Below, one piece after another: positions 7,259-15,951 of a stretch of DNA of 20,000 nucleotides. This DNA is from an uncultured virus (IMG/VR IMGVR_UViG_3300045930_000291) (Duplodnaviria; Heunggongvirae; Uroviricota; Caudoviricetes). Each line of letters begins with the position of its first letter. The stretch's first letter is position 1. The notes under the pieces were generated by a model. It did no database searches and was not told the origin of the DNA. It saw only the letters and a program-made list of their open reading frames with translations. The stretch is from IMG/VR virus record IMGVR_UViG_3300045930_000291; one strand, given 5' to 3'. The translations under genes were made by a program, and so were the position numbers.

Positions 7259-8001
7259 CCAACACCCAAACTCTCGGCGCGGCGCTGGCCATCATGTCGG
7301 TCCTGACCATCGTCACAGTCCTGATCGACGCCCGGCAGCAGCGCACCATCCGTGGCCTCGAGGCCGAGGTGAGGGACGCCAATGATTGGCAGGCCCAGTA
7401 TCTGAAGGCCCGCAAGGACCAGGTCACCGCGGCGGCCGACGCGAAACGGGCCACCGAACTGCTGTTGGACCGGCAGAACCGGGTGGTCGAGTTGCAGGCC
7501 CGTGTTGTCGAGCAGGACACCGAGATGGCCGGGCTGTACAAGCTGGTCGACCTGCTGTGCGACGCGGCCGGACCCGCCGTATTGCGACCCAGGGGCCGCT
7601 ACACCATTTCGGTGCTCGACGGGGTCTGGAAGTACATGGTGCTCGAGACCACCGACATGGGCGCCAACGGTAGGGCCACGATCCATCTGGTCCGCGAGGA
7701 TGACCTCACCTGGTCATCCGACCAGGCGACGCTGCGTCGGGCAGCGGTCGTTGACGCCGACGCCACCGCCGTGCTGGACGCCATCCGTGACGATGAGCTG
7801 CCCGGCATGTGGGCGGGGGCCGACCTGATCGGCGGGCAGACCGACGTCGACGCCACCGCGGTCCTGTCCGCCGCGATCGACCCGGGCGTGAGCGACACCA
7901 CCGGGCTGGCCGTGCACCGCCAGTGCGAGCGGGCCCACGAGCGGGCCGACCACGACCGCGCGAGTGCGTGCTCTGCCGGCCGGCGCTGCACCCGGCGGTG
8001 A
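7255..8001 (+). CDS. Membrane-anchored coiled-coil hypothetical protein
   Basis: N-terminal TM segment LGAALAIMSVLTIVTVLI, a heptad-rich region and a duplicated D(A/V)DATAVL motif. Confidence 0.75.
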   Translation: MTNTQTLGAALAIMSVLTIVTVLIDARQQRTIRGLEAEVRDANDWQAQYLKARKDQVTAAADAKRATELLLDRQNRVVELQARVVEQDTEMAGLYKLVDLLCDAAGPAVLRPRGRYTISVLDGVWKYMVLETTDMGANGRATIHLVREDDLTWSSDQATLRRAAVVDADATAVLDAIRDDELPGMWAGADLIGGQTDVDATAVLSAAIDPGVSDTTGLAVHRQCERAHERADHDRASACSAGRRCTRR

Positions 8002-8004
8002 ACT

Positions 8005-8205
8005 ATGTCAGCTGACCTGCTGCGCCGGGCGGCCGAGAAGCTCCGGCATCCGTACCTGTGCAACTGGCCCGTCGGTGTCCCGACCGCACTAGCCGACTGG
8101 CTGGAGTACGAGGCGCGGGACGCGGAGCTTGATCTCGGCTCGATCTGCGGCCGTGAGCTTGCCGTCGCGACCGCCCGCGCCATCCTGCGGGAGGAGTCGT
8201 CATGA
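8005..8205 (+). CDS. Small hypothetical phage protein
   Basis: ADLLRRAAEKLR...ALADWLE...AVATARAIL; coupled to the next gene. Confidence 0.7.
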   Translation: MSADLLRRAAEKLRHPYLCNWPVGVPTALADWLEYEARDAELDLGSICGRELAVATARAILREESS

Positions 8206-8393
8206 GCATCCTTGCCCTCAGCGAGCTGTCGGCCGACTGCGCCCTCGGCTACCCCGAGGCGTGCACCGACCCGACGTGTGCTGGCTACGACCACCTACCC
8301 GACCGCGACGACACACCAGTGTGGACAGACGAAGACGAGATGGCGTCGTGGCTCGACGACGACCAGCGGCAGGAGAGGCGCGGCGATGTCTGA
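8202..8393 (+). CDS. Small acidic hypothetical protein with Cys/His cluster
   Basis: GGAGGAG RBS and ATGA overlap; C..C..C..H pattern. Confidence 0.65.
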   Translation: MSILALSELSADCALGYPEACTDPTCAGYDHLPDRDDTPVWTDEDEMASWLDDDQRQERRGDV

Positions 8394-8823
8394 TCACATG
8401 TACGCCGACGCCGTCATCGCCTGCGCCGACCTCGTCGGCCGGGCCGGAGCCAGCGGCTTTGAAATCGGCTACCTCCACGACGACGTACCCGTCGAGGACG
8501 CCGCCTGGTACGCGATGGCCACCTACCAGGGCACCAGACTCATGGCCGACGAACACCGCTCCCCGACCGCCGCTGCGATGGCGCTGGCCGAACGGATCCT
8601 GGGCGGTGCCGCCTGCCGCTGCGGCCAACACGTGGCCCTGTCCGACGACGCGGCCGGTTGCCGCTGGCAGCTCATGGGCCAGAAGTGGCAGCCCGGCTGC
8701 GATGTGGCGCCGATCAGCGTGCCCGGCCCACGGGGCGACTATGCGGCCATCACCAGGGCGTACAGCGAGCAGGTCGGCAACCGCGCACAGCGGCGGGCCC
8801 GGAAGCGGGGTGGTACGCGATGA
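8386..8823 (+). CDS. Hypothetical phage protein
   Basis: AGGAGAGG RBS before ATG 8386; contains CRCG...C..C and ends NRAQRRA. Confidence 0.75.
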   Translation: MSDHMYADAVIACADLVGRAGASGFEIGYLHDDVPVEDAAWYAMATYQGTRLMADEHRSPTAAAMALAERILGGAACRCGQHVALSDDAAGCRWQLMGQKWQPGCDVAPISVPGPRGDYAAITRAYSEQVGNRAQRRARKRGGTR

Positions 8824-9980
8824 CCACCTCCATCGCTGCCCCGGTCGCCGTCACCGCCGAAGACGGCCACCGGTTCTACCCCATCGACGACGAGCAGTAC
8901 TGGTCCGTCACCACCGCCCTCACCGTCCTATCCAAGGACGGCCTCACATTCTGGGCCGGCGGCCAGGCCGCCAAAGCCGCCTTCGCCGAACTCCCCAAGG
9001 TGTTGGTCGCCTCCCGTACCCGGCCGTGCGGCAACACCTACAGCCAATGCCGGTCCGGCCGCGGCGACAACGCCCACGACTGGCGCATCACCTGCTCCAC
9101 CTGCCCCTGCGACCAGTGCCAGGCATGCATGACACGGTGGCTCACCGAACGGCACATCGCCGTCCGGAACCGCCGCGCCGACGAAGGCAAACGCACCCAC
9201 GCCTGGATCGAGGAATGGGTCCTGTCCGGCGGCGTCATCGCCCCGTTCCCTGACGACATCGCCCCCTACGTGCGGGCGTTCCTCGCCTTCGTCAAGGCGT
9301 ACGGGCTCACCCCGGAGTCGTGGCTGTTCAGCGAGGCCATCGTCATCAACCGTGACGAGCGCTACGCCGGCCAGACCGACGGCGCGATCCGATTCGAGGC
9401 CACCGCAACCGACCTTGCTGCCGAGATTGTGGCGATGCTGCACCAGCAGCCGGTCAGCGTCTGCCGGCAGCAGCAGCTGTACGCCGACGTGCTGGTGGAC
9501 GTGAAGACGAAGGAGGACCCGCCAGAGAAGGCGGTCAAGTTCTACGACGAAGTCTCGTTGCAGCTGAGCGGCTACGAGCATGCGCCGGTGATATACATCC
9601 GCCGTATCGGTGCCGAGGAGCCGATGCCGGCCCTGCACGGGGCGATGGCGCTGCAGCTGCGCCCGGACATGGCGGTGCCCCGGCTGTGCGTGACGGACGA
9701 GCGGACGTTCGCGGCGTTCCTGTGTGCGCTGCAGCTGTACCGGTGGCGGGTCGAGTTCGGTACGGCGTCGGTGTCGTCGCGGTCGTTCAAGGTGCCGCCG
9801 GAGCCGAAGCCGGTCAAGGCCACGACGAAACGGGCCCCGGCCAAGAAGACCGCCCCACGCAGGACCGCGGCCGCCGCGAAGCCCGCAGCCGTCAACCCGG
9901 TGATGGCTCAGCTGAAGGCGTGGCCGAAGCAGGCCGACCCACACCCGAACTCGCTCTACCAGGACGAGGTGCCTTTCTGA
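8820..9980 (+). CDS. PD-(D/E)XK (Cas4/RecB-like) phage exonuclease with Cys-rich insertion
   Basis: Motifs YWSVTTAL, ADEGKRTHAWIE, FSEAIV...YAGQTDG, LVDVKT and QLSGY; start at the ATGA overlap 8820. Confidence 0.85.
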   Translation: MTTSIAAPVAVTAEDGHRFYPIDDEQYWSVTTALTVLSKDGLTFWAGGQAAKAAFAELPKVLVASRTRPCGNTYSQCRSGRGDNAHDWRITCSTCPCDQCQACMTRWLTERHIAVRNRRADEGKRTHAWIEEWVLSGGVIAPFPDDIAPYVRAFLAFVKAYGLTPESWLFSEAIVINRDERYAGQTDGAIRFEATATDLAAEIVAMLHQQPVSVCRQQQLYADVLVDVKTKEDPPEKAVKFYDEVSLQLSGYEHAPVIYIRRIGAEEPMPALHGAMALQLRPDMAVPRLCVTDERTFAAFLCALQLYRWRVEFGTASVSSRSFKVPPEPKPVKATTKRAPAKKTAPRRTAAAAKPAAVNPVMAQLKAWPKQADPHPNSLYQDEVPF

Positions 9981-11176
9981 TGCCCGGTCGCATACTCACA
10001 CTCCAGCGGCAAGTCCGCGAACTCGGCCGCCTGCGCGCCGGCCTGTCTGTACCGTCCAGCACGCCCGGCAAGCTTCGCCCGCAGTCGTCGCCGAACTGGA
10101 TCCTCACCAGCCCGAACCGGGACTACATCGACGCCGCAGCCGCCATCTGGGGCGGGCCGGTCGACCTGTGGCAGCCGCTCGGCAACGGACCCAAGGTGTG
10201 GCGCGTCATCACCGAACGCCCGAGAATCCCGGCCATCCTGCCCCCCGGCGACCCGCTCAACCAGGCATACGAGATGTGGTCGGCCGGCGGCTGTCAGCGC
10301 CGCTGCGACGGAGAAATCGAACAGCGCACCCAGCAGCCGTGCCTGTGCCGGGCCCAGTTCGGCGACGACATCCACCTCGTGCCGTCCCTCGGCCCGGACA
10401 AGAAGCCGCAACGCTGCCAGATCCACACCCGCCTGTCGGTGTTCCTGCCGGACCTGCCCGACATCGGCATGTGGCGTGTCGAGACCCACGGCTACTGGCC
10501 GAGCGTGCGGATCACCGGCTACGTCGAGTTCATCAAGGGCCAGGTAGGGACCTCGGTGATGGTGCCGATCGGGTTGGGCATTGAACCCCGGACGAAGGTC
10601 ACGGATGGGAAGACGTCCCACTACGTCGAGATCGTTGTGTCGCTGTGGAATCCGGTCACGTTCGGGGAGATCGCCGCGTCGCCGCAGGTGCTGGCGATCG
10701 GCGGCCCGGCCGACGACCGCACCATCGAGGCCCCACCCGAGCGCCCCGCGATCGGTGCGGCCCCATCCAACGGGACCGGCGTCCCGGAACCGGTAGCGGC
10801 CGATGCCGTGGATTGGCTGGCCCGCTTCGCCGCGGCGTCCACGATGGACGAACTGCGCGACCTGTGGAGGCAGGCCGGCGGCGCCAACGCCCTGGATGAG
10901 GACACCCGTAAGGCGTGGCACGCAAAGGGCATGGAGCTGAAGGCGGCTGCCCGCGGTGCCGAGCCGGAGGCGGCGACGGGCACCGAACAGCAGGCGCAGG
11001 AGCCGGATCGGGACCAAGTGTGGACGGAAATCATGGGCCTGGCCGCCCAAGCCGGCTGGGCCACGGATGAGCTGATGGACCGCTTCCAGGCCGCCATGGG
11101 GGTCGAGGCGTACGACGCAGACGGCTGGACATACGAGCAGTTCCGCGACTCCCTCAAGAGCGGAGCAGTCGCATGA
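9980..11176 (+). CDS. Gp3-like (recombination directionality factor-like) protein, probable recombination partner of the exonuclease
   Basis: N-terminus ILTLQRQVRELGRLRAG, plus YEMWSAGGCQRRCDG and GMWRVETHGY, resembles the actinophage Gp3-like family; TGATG overlap with the exonuclease. Confidence 0.7.
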   Translation: MPGRILTLQRQVRELGRLRAGLSVPSSTPGKLRPQSSPNWILTSPNRDYIDAAAAIWGGPVDLWQPLGNGPKVWRVITERPRIPAILPPGDPLNQAYEMWSAGGCQRRCDGEIEQRTQQPCLCRAQFGDDIHLVPSLGPDKKPQRCQIHTRLSVFLPDLPDIGMWRVETHGYWPSVRITGYVEFIKGQVGTSVMVPIGLGIEPRTKVTDGKTSHYVEIVVSLWNPVTFGEIAASPQVLAIGGPADDRTIEAPPERPAIGAAPSNGTGVPEPVAADAVDWLARFAAASTMDELRDLWRQAGGANALDEDTRKAWHAKGMELKAAARGAEPEAATGTEQQAQEPDRDQVWTEIMGLAAQAGWATDELMDRFQAAMGVEAYDADGWTYEQFRDSLKSGAVA

Positions 11177-11985
11177 AGTGGCTCCTGGACGGCCCGCTCG
11201 GGTGCTTCGACGTCGAGTCGACCGGCATCTCGGTCGAGACGGACCGGATCGTCACCGCCACCGTCGGCCTGCTCCAGCCGGGCACGCCGTGGTCGGTGGA
11301 CACCAAGTCGTGGCTGATCGACCCGGGCGTCGAGATACCTGAGGACGCCAGTGCCATCCACGGGGTGACCACCGAGCAGGTACGCGAGCACGGCGAGAAG
11401 CCCGAGGTGGCGCTCGACGTGATCGCCGCCGACCTGGCCCGCGCGTTCCTTGCCCGCATCCCGGTCATCGTGATGAACGGCGTGTTCGACTTCACGATGA
11501 TCGAACGCGAGCTTCGCCGGCACGGACTGCCCACCGTCGAGGAACGCATCGGCGGCCCGGTCCGGCCGGTCGTCGACGTGCTGGTCATCGACAAGTGGCT
11601 GGACCCGTACCGCAAAGGCGGCCGCCGGCTGACTGACCTGTGTGGACAGTACGGGGTGCGCATCGACGGCGCCCACGACTCCGCGTTCGACGCATTGGCC
11701 GCCGCCCGGGTCGCCTATCGGATCGCGCTGATGTCGCAGTACCCGCCCGAGCAGCTGGCCCAGATCTACGCCGACCGGCGCAGGCCGATGGAGGTCGTCG
11801 AGCGGTTCGCCCAGCTGGCCGAGATGAGCGCCGCGGATCTGCACGACGCGCAGATCGGTTGGCGCCGTGTGCAGTGCGACGGGCTGCGCACCTACTTCGA
11901 CAGCAAGGGCATCGCCCACGACGGGGTCCGGGGCGACTGGCCGCTCATCCCAGCAATCGCGACCGACGAGGCGGTGCTGGCATGA
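11173..11985 (+). CDS. DnaQ-like DEDDh 3'-5' exonuclease (Pol III epsilon-like)
   Basis: Exo I FDVESTG, IHGVT, Exo II MNGVFDF, Exo III AHDSAFDA. Confidence 0.93.
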   Translation: MKWLLDGPLGCFDVESTGISVETDRIVTATVGLLQPGTPWSVDTKSWLIDPGVEIPEDASAIHGVTTEQVREHGEKPEVALDVIAADLARAFLARIPVIVMNGVFDFTMIERELRRHGLPTVEERIGGPVRPVVDVLVIDKWLDPYRKGGRRLTDLCGQYGVRIDGAHDSAFDALAAARVAYRIALMSQYPPEQLAQIYADRRRPMEVVERFAQLAEMSAADLHDAQIGWRRVQCDGLRTYFDSKGIAHDGVRGDWPLIPAIATDEAVLA

Positions 11986-12437
11986 TCCGCATCCCCGCCC
12001 TGTCGCTGTGGCGGCCCTGGCCCGGGCTGATCTTGCGGCACGGCAAGAACATCGAGAACCGCGGCTGGTCCACGCAGTACCGCGGACCGATGTGGATCCA
12101 CGCCGCCAAACCGTGGTCCGACCTGGACGCCGAGTGGCTGCTGGAACGCGGCATCGACCCGGGCCAGGTTGAGCCCTGGACCCCCGAGCATCCGAAAGGC
12201 ATCGTCGGCCTAGTCGACGTGGTCGGCGTCTGCAACACGTGGTCCTCCAGCCTCTCGTACAGCAAGGACTGCGAGTGCGGGCCGTGGGCGATGCCGGATC
12301 AGTTCCACTGGCAGCTGGCCGACCCGCGCCCACTCCCGGAGCCGGTGCCGTGCCCGGGACGACCGGGCCTGTGGTACCCGGTCGGCGAGGTGGCCAAGGC
12401 GCTTGTCGCGCTGGCGGAGGTGATGGTCAATGCGTGA
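11982..12437 (+). CDS. ASCH domain protein
   Basis: ALSLWRPWPGLILRHGKNIENRGWSTQYRGPMWIHA...GIVGLV...HWQL...PVPCPGRPGLW. Confidence 0.9.
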   Translation: MIRIPALSLWRPWPGLILRHGKNIENRGWSTQYRGPMWIHAAKPWSDLDAEWLLERGIDPGQVEPWTPEHPKGIVGLVDVVGVCNTWSSSLSYSKDCECGPWAMPDQFHWQLADPRPLPEPVPCPGRPGLWYPVGEVAKALVALAEVMVNA

Positions 12438-12918
12438 ACGGTTCTGGTCCGACGACTTCGACATGGACCTCCTCAAGGTGCTGCCCGACCTGGAGCGACG
12501 CCTCGGCGACGCTGTCGACATTCCCCTGTGGACGTACGGCAACACCACCTACGGGCGGCTCAACTGCCCGGCCGTGTGGAACGGGTACGACGGGTTCGAG
12601 GCGTACTTCGGCACCGACGATTCGGGAACCTGGAAGCCGGAGGGCAACTGGTCGTCCTGGGACACACCGGTCGTCTGCACGTGGCTGGAAGTGCTGCGCG
12701 ACGTGTGGGTCCACCACTGCATCGTGCACGTTGACGGCCGGCCGGTGTGGAACAGCCAACGCCACCAAGCCGTCTTCGACCGACTCATGTACCACCTGCG
12801 GGGCTGGCCGCACGGCCGGCCGGTCGATGTGGACAAGGTGAAGGGTGAGTTGTTGGCCAGCATCCTCGCCGCCACCGCCGATCTGCGCACGGTCGTAACC
12901 GCGAAGGCAGGCGCGTGA
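12430..12918 (+). CDS. Hypothetical Trp-rich phage protein
   Basis: GGAGG RBS; overlaps both neighbours; GC3-rich. Confidence 0.75.
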   Translation: MRERFWSDDFDMDLLKVLPDLERRLGDAVDIPLWTYGNTTYGRLNCPAVWNGYDGFEAYFGTDDSGTWKPEGNWSSWDTPVVCTWLEVLRDVWVHHCIVHVDGRPVWNSQRHQAVFDRLMYHLRGWPHGRPVDVDKVKGELLASILAATADLRTVVTAKAGA

Positions 12919-13367
12919 TGGGCCGCCTCATCGTCTGCCGCCTCTGCGGCGAAGAGAAAGACCACAAGGCCGACGGCTGCTGCGCCACCTGCTACGCCGC
13001 CGACTACCGCGACCGCCGCGGCGACGGCGCACCCCTCGTCGACGGGCGTGGCTCGCCCGGGCTGGCCGCCATACTCGGTGCCCCCGGTGGACCAACCATG
13101 CGGCAGGTCGACAACTGGGTGCGCCGCGGCCTGCTCCGCCCCACCGTGGTACCCGGCGAAGGGCGCGACCGGTGGGAGTGGGATCCGACCGAGCAGTTCG
13201 TGGCCGTACGGATGGCTCGCCTGTTCACGGCCGGGCTGCGCGCTGACGCCGCGGAGAGGGTCGCCCGTCACCCGGCCGGGGGCCCGGTGGTGCTCGGCCC
13301 GCAGATCGTCATCTCCGTCTTCCCGCTGCGCCCCGCGGCAAACGTGGAGGAGGCGAGGGCATCGTGA
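12915..13367 (+). CDS. Zn-ribbon plus MerR-like HTH protein
   Basis: N-terminal CxxC..H...CxxC; TMRQVDNWVRRGLLRP...GEGRDRWEW...RLFTAGL is a MerR-type winged HTH pattern. Confidence 0.72.
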   Translation: MMGRLIVCRLCGEEKDHKADGCCATCYAADYRDRRGDGAPLVDGRGSPGLAAILGAPGGPTMRQVDNWVRRGLLRPTVVPGEGRDRWEWDPTEQFVAVRMARLFTAGLRADAAERVARHPAGGPVVLGPQIVISVFPLRPAANVEEARAS

Positions 13368-13894
13368 GGTCAGCCTTCCTGCCACTGCTGCCGGACCAGA
13401 CCTGGGTAGACCGCGCCGCGTGCCGTCCAGGTACCGACGTGCCGGCGGCCCTGTTCTCCTCCGCCACCATGCCGGCCAAAGCCGCCGCCCTGCACGTTTG
13501 TCACAACCACTGCCCGGTCGTGGCCCAGTGCGCGGCGGAGGCCGCGTCGACCGACAACCGGTCGATCGTGATGGGCGGGGTCTCCTATAACCAATACGGC
13601 AAACCCAACGACGACCGCCGCATCGCACAGACCACATGCCCGCTGTGCACCTACCGACCGCAGCCGTGGCCGGCGCACGGCGCGCAGTCCCGGCGTGGAC
13701 GAAAAGAGACCGGACTGGATCCCTGCGGCACGGATGGCGCCTACTCGCGTCATGTGCGCCGCAAGGAGTTGATCGACGAGGCGTGCCGCGAGGCGCACCG
13801 GGCGGCCGGGTTGTTACGCAAGCAGGAATTGCGGCAGCGCTGCCGTGCCGGGCAGTGCCCGCATCCGCAGCACCGTAAGGCGGTGGCGTCGTGA
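13364..13894 (+). CDS. WhiB-family (Wbl) regulator with C-terminal extension
   Basis: WVDRAAC...LF...ALHVCHNHCPVVAQC...IVMGG supplies four Cys and a degenerate G[V/I]WGG turn; extra CGTDGAYSRH...C domain. Confidence 0.8.
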   Translation: MRSAFLPLLPDQTWVDRAACRPGTDVPAALFSSATMPAKAAALHVCHNHCPVVAQCAAEAASTDNRSIVMGGVSYNQYGKPNDDRRIAQTTCPLCTYRPQPWPAHGAQSRRGRKETGLDPCGTDGAYSRHVRRKELIDEACREAHRAAGLLRKQELRQRCRAGQCPHPQHRKAVAS

Positions 13895-14322
13895 ACCAGT
13901 ACCGTCGCGGGTCAGACTTCGAACGCAAGGTCGCCGAACACCTCACCACCAACGGCTACCTCGTCGTACGGGCAGCCGGGTCGCACGGCCACGCCGACCT
14001 GGTCGCGCTCAAACCAGGTCAGGTTCTGCTGGTTCAGTGCAAGCTGACGGGGGCGTCGGCAGTGCGGCCAGGGGAGTGGAATGGCTTCTACGCCGCCGCT
14101 GTCGGGGTCGGCGCTGTTCCGCTAATCGCCTGGCGGCCGGCCCGTGGCCAGATCGGGTTTCTGCGGATGACGGCTACCAAGACCGGGGTTCAGGGTGTGC
14201 GCCCGCCGTGTGTGCCCTGGGTCGCGGACGAGATTGCTGGGCCGATCGCCGAACCTGCGTCGTCTCCGTACGTGTCCACCGTGGATGGCGGGCTGTTCGC
14301 CGTGGAGGGTGGCCCGCGATGA
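13891..14322 (+). CDS. Hjc-type Holliday junction resolvase (PD-(D/E)XK)
   Basis: RGSDFERKVAEHL..NGYLVVRAAGSHGHADLVALK...LLVQCK. Confidence 0.85.
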   Translation: MNQYRRGSDFERKVAEHLTTNGYLVVRAAGSHGHADLVALKPGQVLLVQCKLTGASAVRPGEWNGFYAAAVGVGAVPLIAWRPARGQIGFLRMTATKTGVQGVRPPCVPWVADEIAGPIAEPASSPYVSTVDGGLFAVEGGPR

Positions 14323-14969
14323 GGTACATCATCCGGCCGCTCGGCCCGTGGCTCGACCCGGTCACTCAGGATCGGCGTAGTGCGTCCACCTTCCGCGCCA
14401 CCTGGGACGACACCCTCGCGCTACTGAGCAGCGAAGTTGAAATGCTCGGCGGTGAGGACGTCGTGCTGCAGATCGACGTCCAAGAGGGCGAACTCCGCCG
14501 CGACGGCATGCTGCGCACCAACGCCACGGTCAAGTTCCCGGGCGTACGGGTGTCGTTCACGTCGGTGCACGGTCCGCTCACGTACGCCACCGACGCCTAC
14601 GAGTCCCGCTACTACGGCGGGTTGACCAGCTGGCAGGCCAACGTCCGCGCCATCGCCTTGGGGCTGCTCGCGCTGCGGGCCGTTGACCGGTATGGCATCT
14701 CGGCCCGCGGCCAGCAGTACACCGGCTGGACCGCGATCTCCAGTCGGCCGGCCGAGATGTCCCGCGAGCAGGCGGCCGAGTTCTTGGCGCATTGGGCCGG
14801 GTTGGGCACCAGCCTCGACCTGTTCGCCGATTACCCGAACGCGGTTCACTCGGCCTATCGAATGGCTGCGAAGCGCGTGCATCCGGACCGTACCGGCGAC
14901 GACAGCGACACCATGGCCCGACTCAACGCCGCCCGCGACCTGCTGCTGAACGGAGCCCGCAATGCCTGA
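14319..14969 (+). CDS. Phage protein with C-terminal J-domain (type III DnaJ-like)
   Basis: AYRMAAKRVHPDRTG...MARLNAARDLL with the HPD motif; start at the ATGA overlap 14319. Confidence 0.88.
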   Translation: MRYIIRPLGPWLDPVTQDRRSASTFRATWDDTLALLSSEVEMLGGEDVVLQIDVQEGELRRDGMLRTNATVKFPGVRVSFTSVHGPLTYATDAYESRYYGGLTSWQANVRAIALGLLALRAVDRYGISARGQQYTGWTAISSRPAEMSREQAAEFLAHWAGLGTSLDLFADYPNAVHSAYRMAAKRVHPDRTGDDSDTMARLNAARDLLLNGARNA

Positions 14970-15342
14970 CGCTCCAACACAGCTAGCCGCCACCTGGAAC
15001 CCCGACGCTGCGCTCGTGCCAGCGGAACTGGCCGACGCCCTCCACACCATGCGCGTCATCCTGCTGGCCCGCGGCTACCGCGACATCACCAAACACGGCG
15101 CGCTGAAACTCGGCGCCCGCGTCTACCACCGCGGCCACCAATGGCCGGGCGCCTCTGCCGGTACGGGCACCGTCGCCGCGGTCATGCAGCGGGACCCGTC
15201 GCCGTGGGCGCAGGCGTGGGGCCGGCCGGACGTCGAGCTCATCGTCTGGTACGACGACGGTGGCGGCATCCTCGACGGCAAGCTGCACAGTCTGGCCGAC
15301 TATCACCTGCGGGTCGCCGAGGCGGTGAGTGTGGATGCGTAG
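14962..15342 (+). CDS. Hypothetical phage protein
   Basis: GGAG RBS; overlaps the previous stop; GC3-rich. Confidence 0.75.
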   Translation: MPDAPTQLAATWNPDAALVPAELADALHTMRVILLARGYRDITKHGALKLGARVYHRGHQWPGASAGTGTVAAVMQRDPSPWAQAWGRPDVELIVWYDDGGGILDGKLHSLADYHLRVAEAVSVDA

Positions 15343-15794
15343 CTACGACGAAGCCTGGGCCGCCGCAACCGACCGGCGACCGTTCTCCAACGGGCACCGA
15401 AGGCTACGCCTGGACCGGCAACTCGTTGCCGCTGCCCGTAGCCGAGCACGACGAGTTTGGCGCGATCGCCGCATACATCGACATGTTGCGCCGCGATATG
15501 GCCATCGAGGTCGAGTTCGGCGCGAGCGCGGTCCGGGTCCGGGAGGAGTTCGCTCGCGAACTGGAGCGGCTCGCGCCCGTGGTCGCGGCGGCCCGGGCAT
15601 GGCGGGCCAACGTCAAGGCGTGGGGGCCACCGCTTCGCAAGGTGCCCGGCTCGATAGCTGGCGCAGTGGAACTCATCGCCGCCGTGGACGCGCTGGACGC
15701 CACGGGGTCGTGCATCTGCAACCCGGAGCATCGGCCCGACGATCCGATCTGCCAGTACCGGCCGGACACATTGGACGGAGACGACCGTGGCTGA
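15335..15794 (+). pseudogene. Hypothetical phage gene with apparent +1 frameshift near 15392-15394
   Basis: The ATG 15335 frame reads MRSYDEAWAAATDRRPFSNG and then degenerates. Removing one G from GGG joins it to TEGYAW...DDRG in the 15141..15794 frame. Confidence 0.6.
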
Positions 15795-15951
15795 CCGCGC
15801 CGTCCACTACCGCCGCCCCGGCGGCTACCTGTGCGGTGTCGGCGCCGGCTGGTCCAGCCAGACCATCACCTCCAACCCCAACCCCGACGCGGTCACCTGC
15901 CGCAGCTGCCTGCGGGTACTGGCCGCGCGAACGACAGGAGCCCCGGCATGA
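15787..15951 (+). CDS. 54-aa putative Zn-finger microprotein (absent from ORF track)
   Basis: My translation is MADRAVHYRRPGGYLCGVGAGWSSQTITSNPNPDAVTCRSCLRVLAARTTGAPA (H, C, CxxC). It has a GGAG RBS and exactly fills the gap, overlapping both neighbours. Confidence 0.75.
   Translation: MADRAVHYRRPGGYLCGVGAGWSSQTITSNPNPDAVTCRSCLRVLAARTTGAPA

Noticed and set aside
8820..9980. CRISPR-Cas (Cas4-like nuclease)
   Set aside because: There are no other cas genes and no repeat-spacer array; the context is a phage recombination module.
10621..12333. 570-aa minus-strand ORF (also 17668..19194, 12549..13952, 6466..7686 and plus-strand 1396..2322)
   Set aside because: These are antisense shadows of well-supported genes, expected in high-GC DNA, and carry no recognisable motifs.
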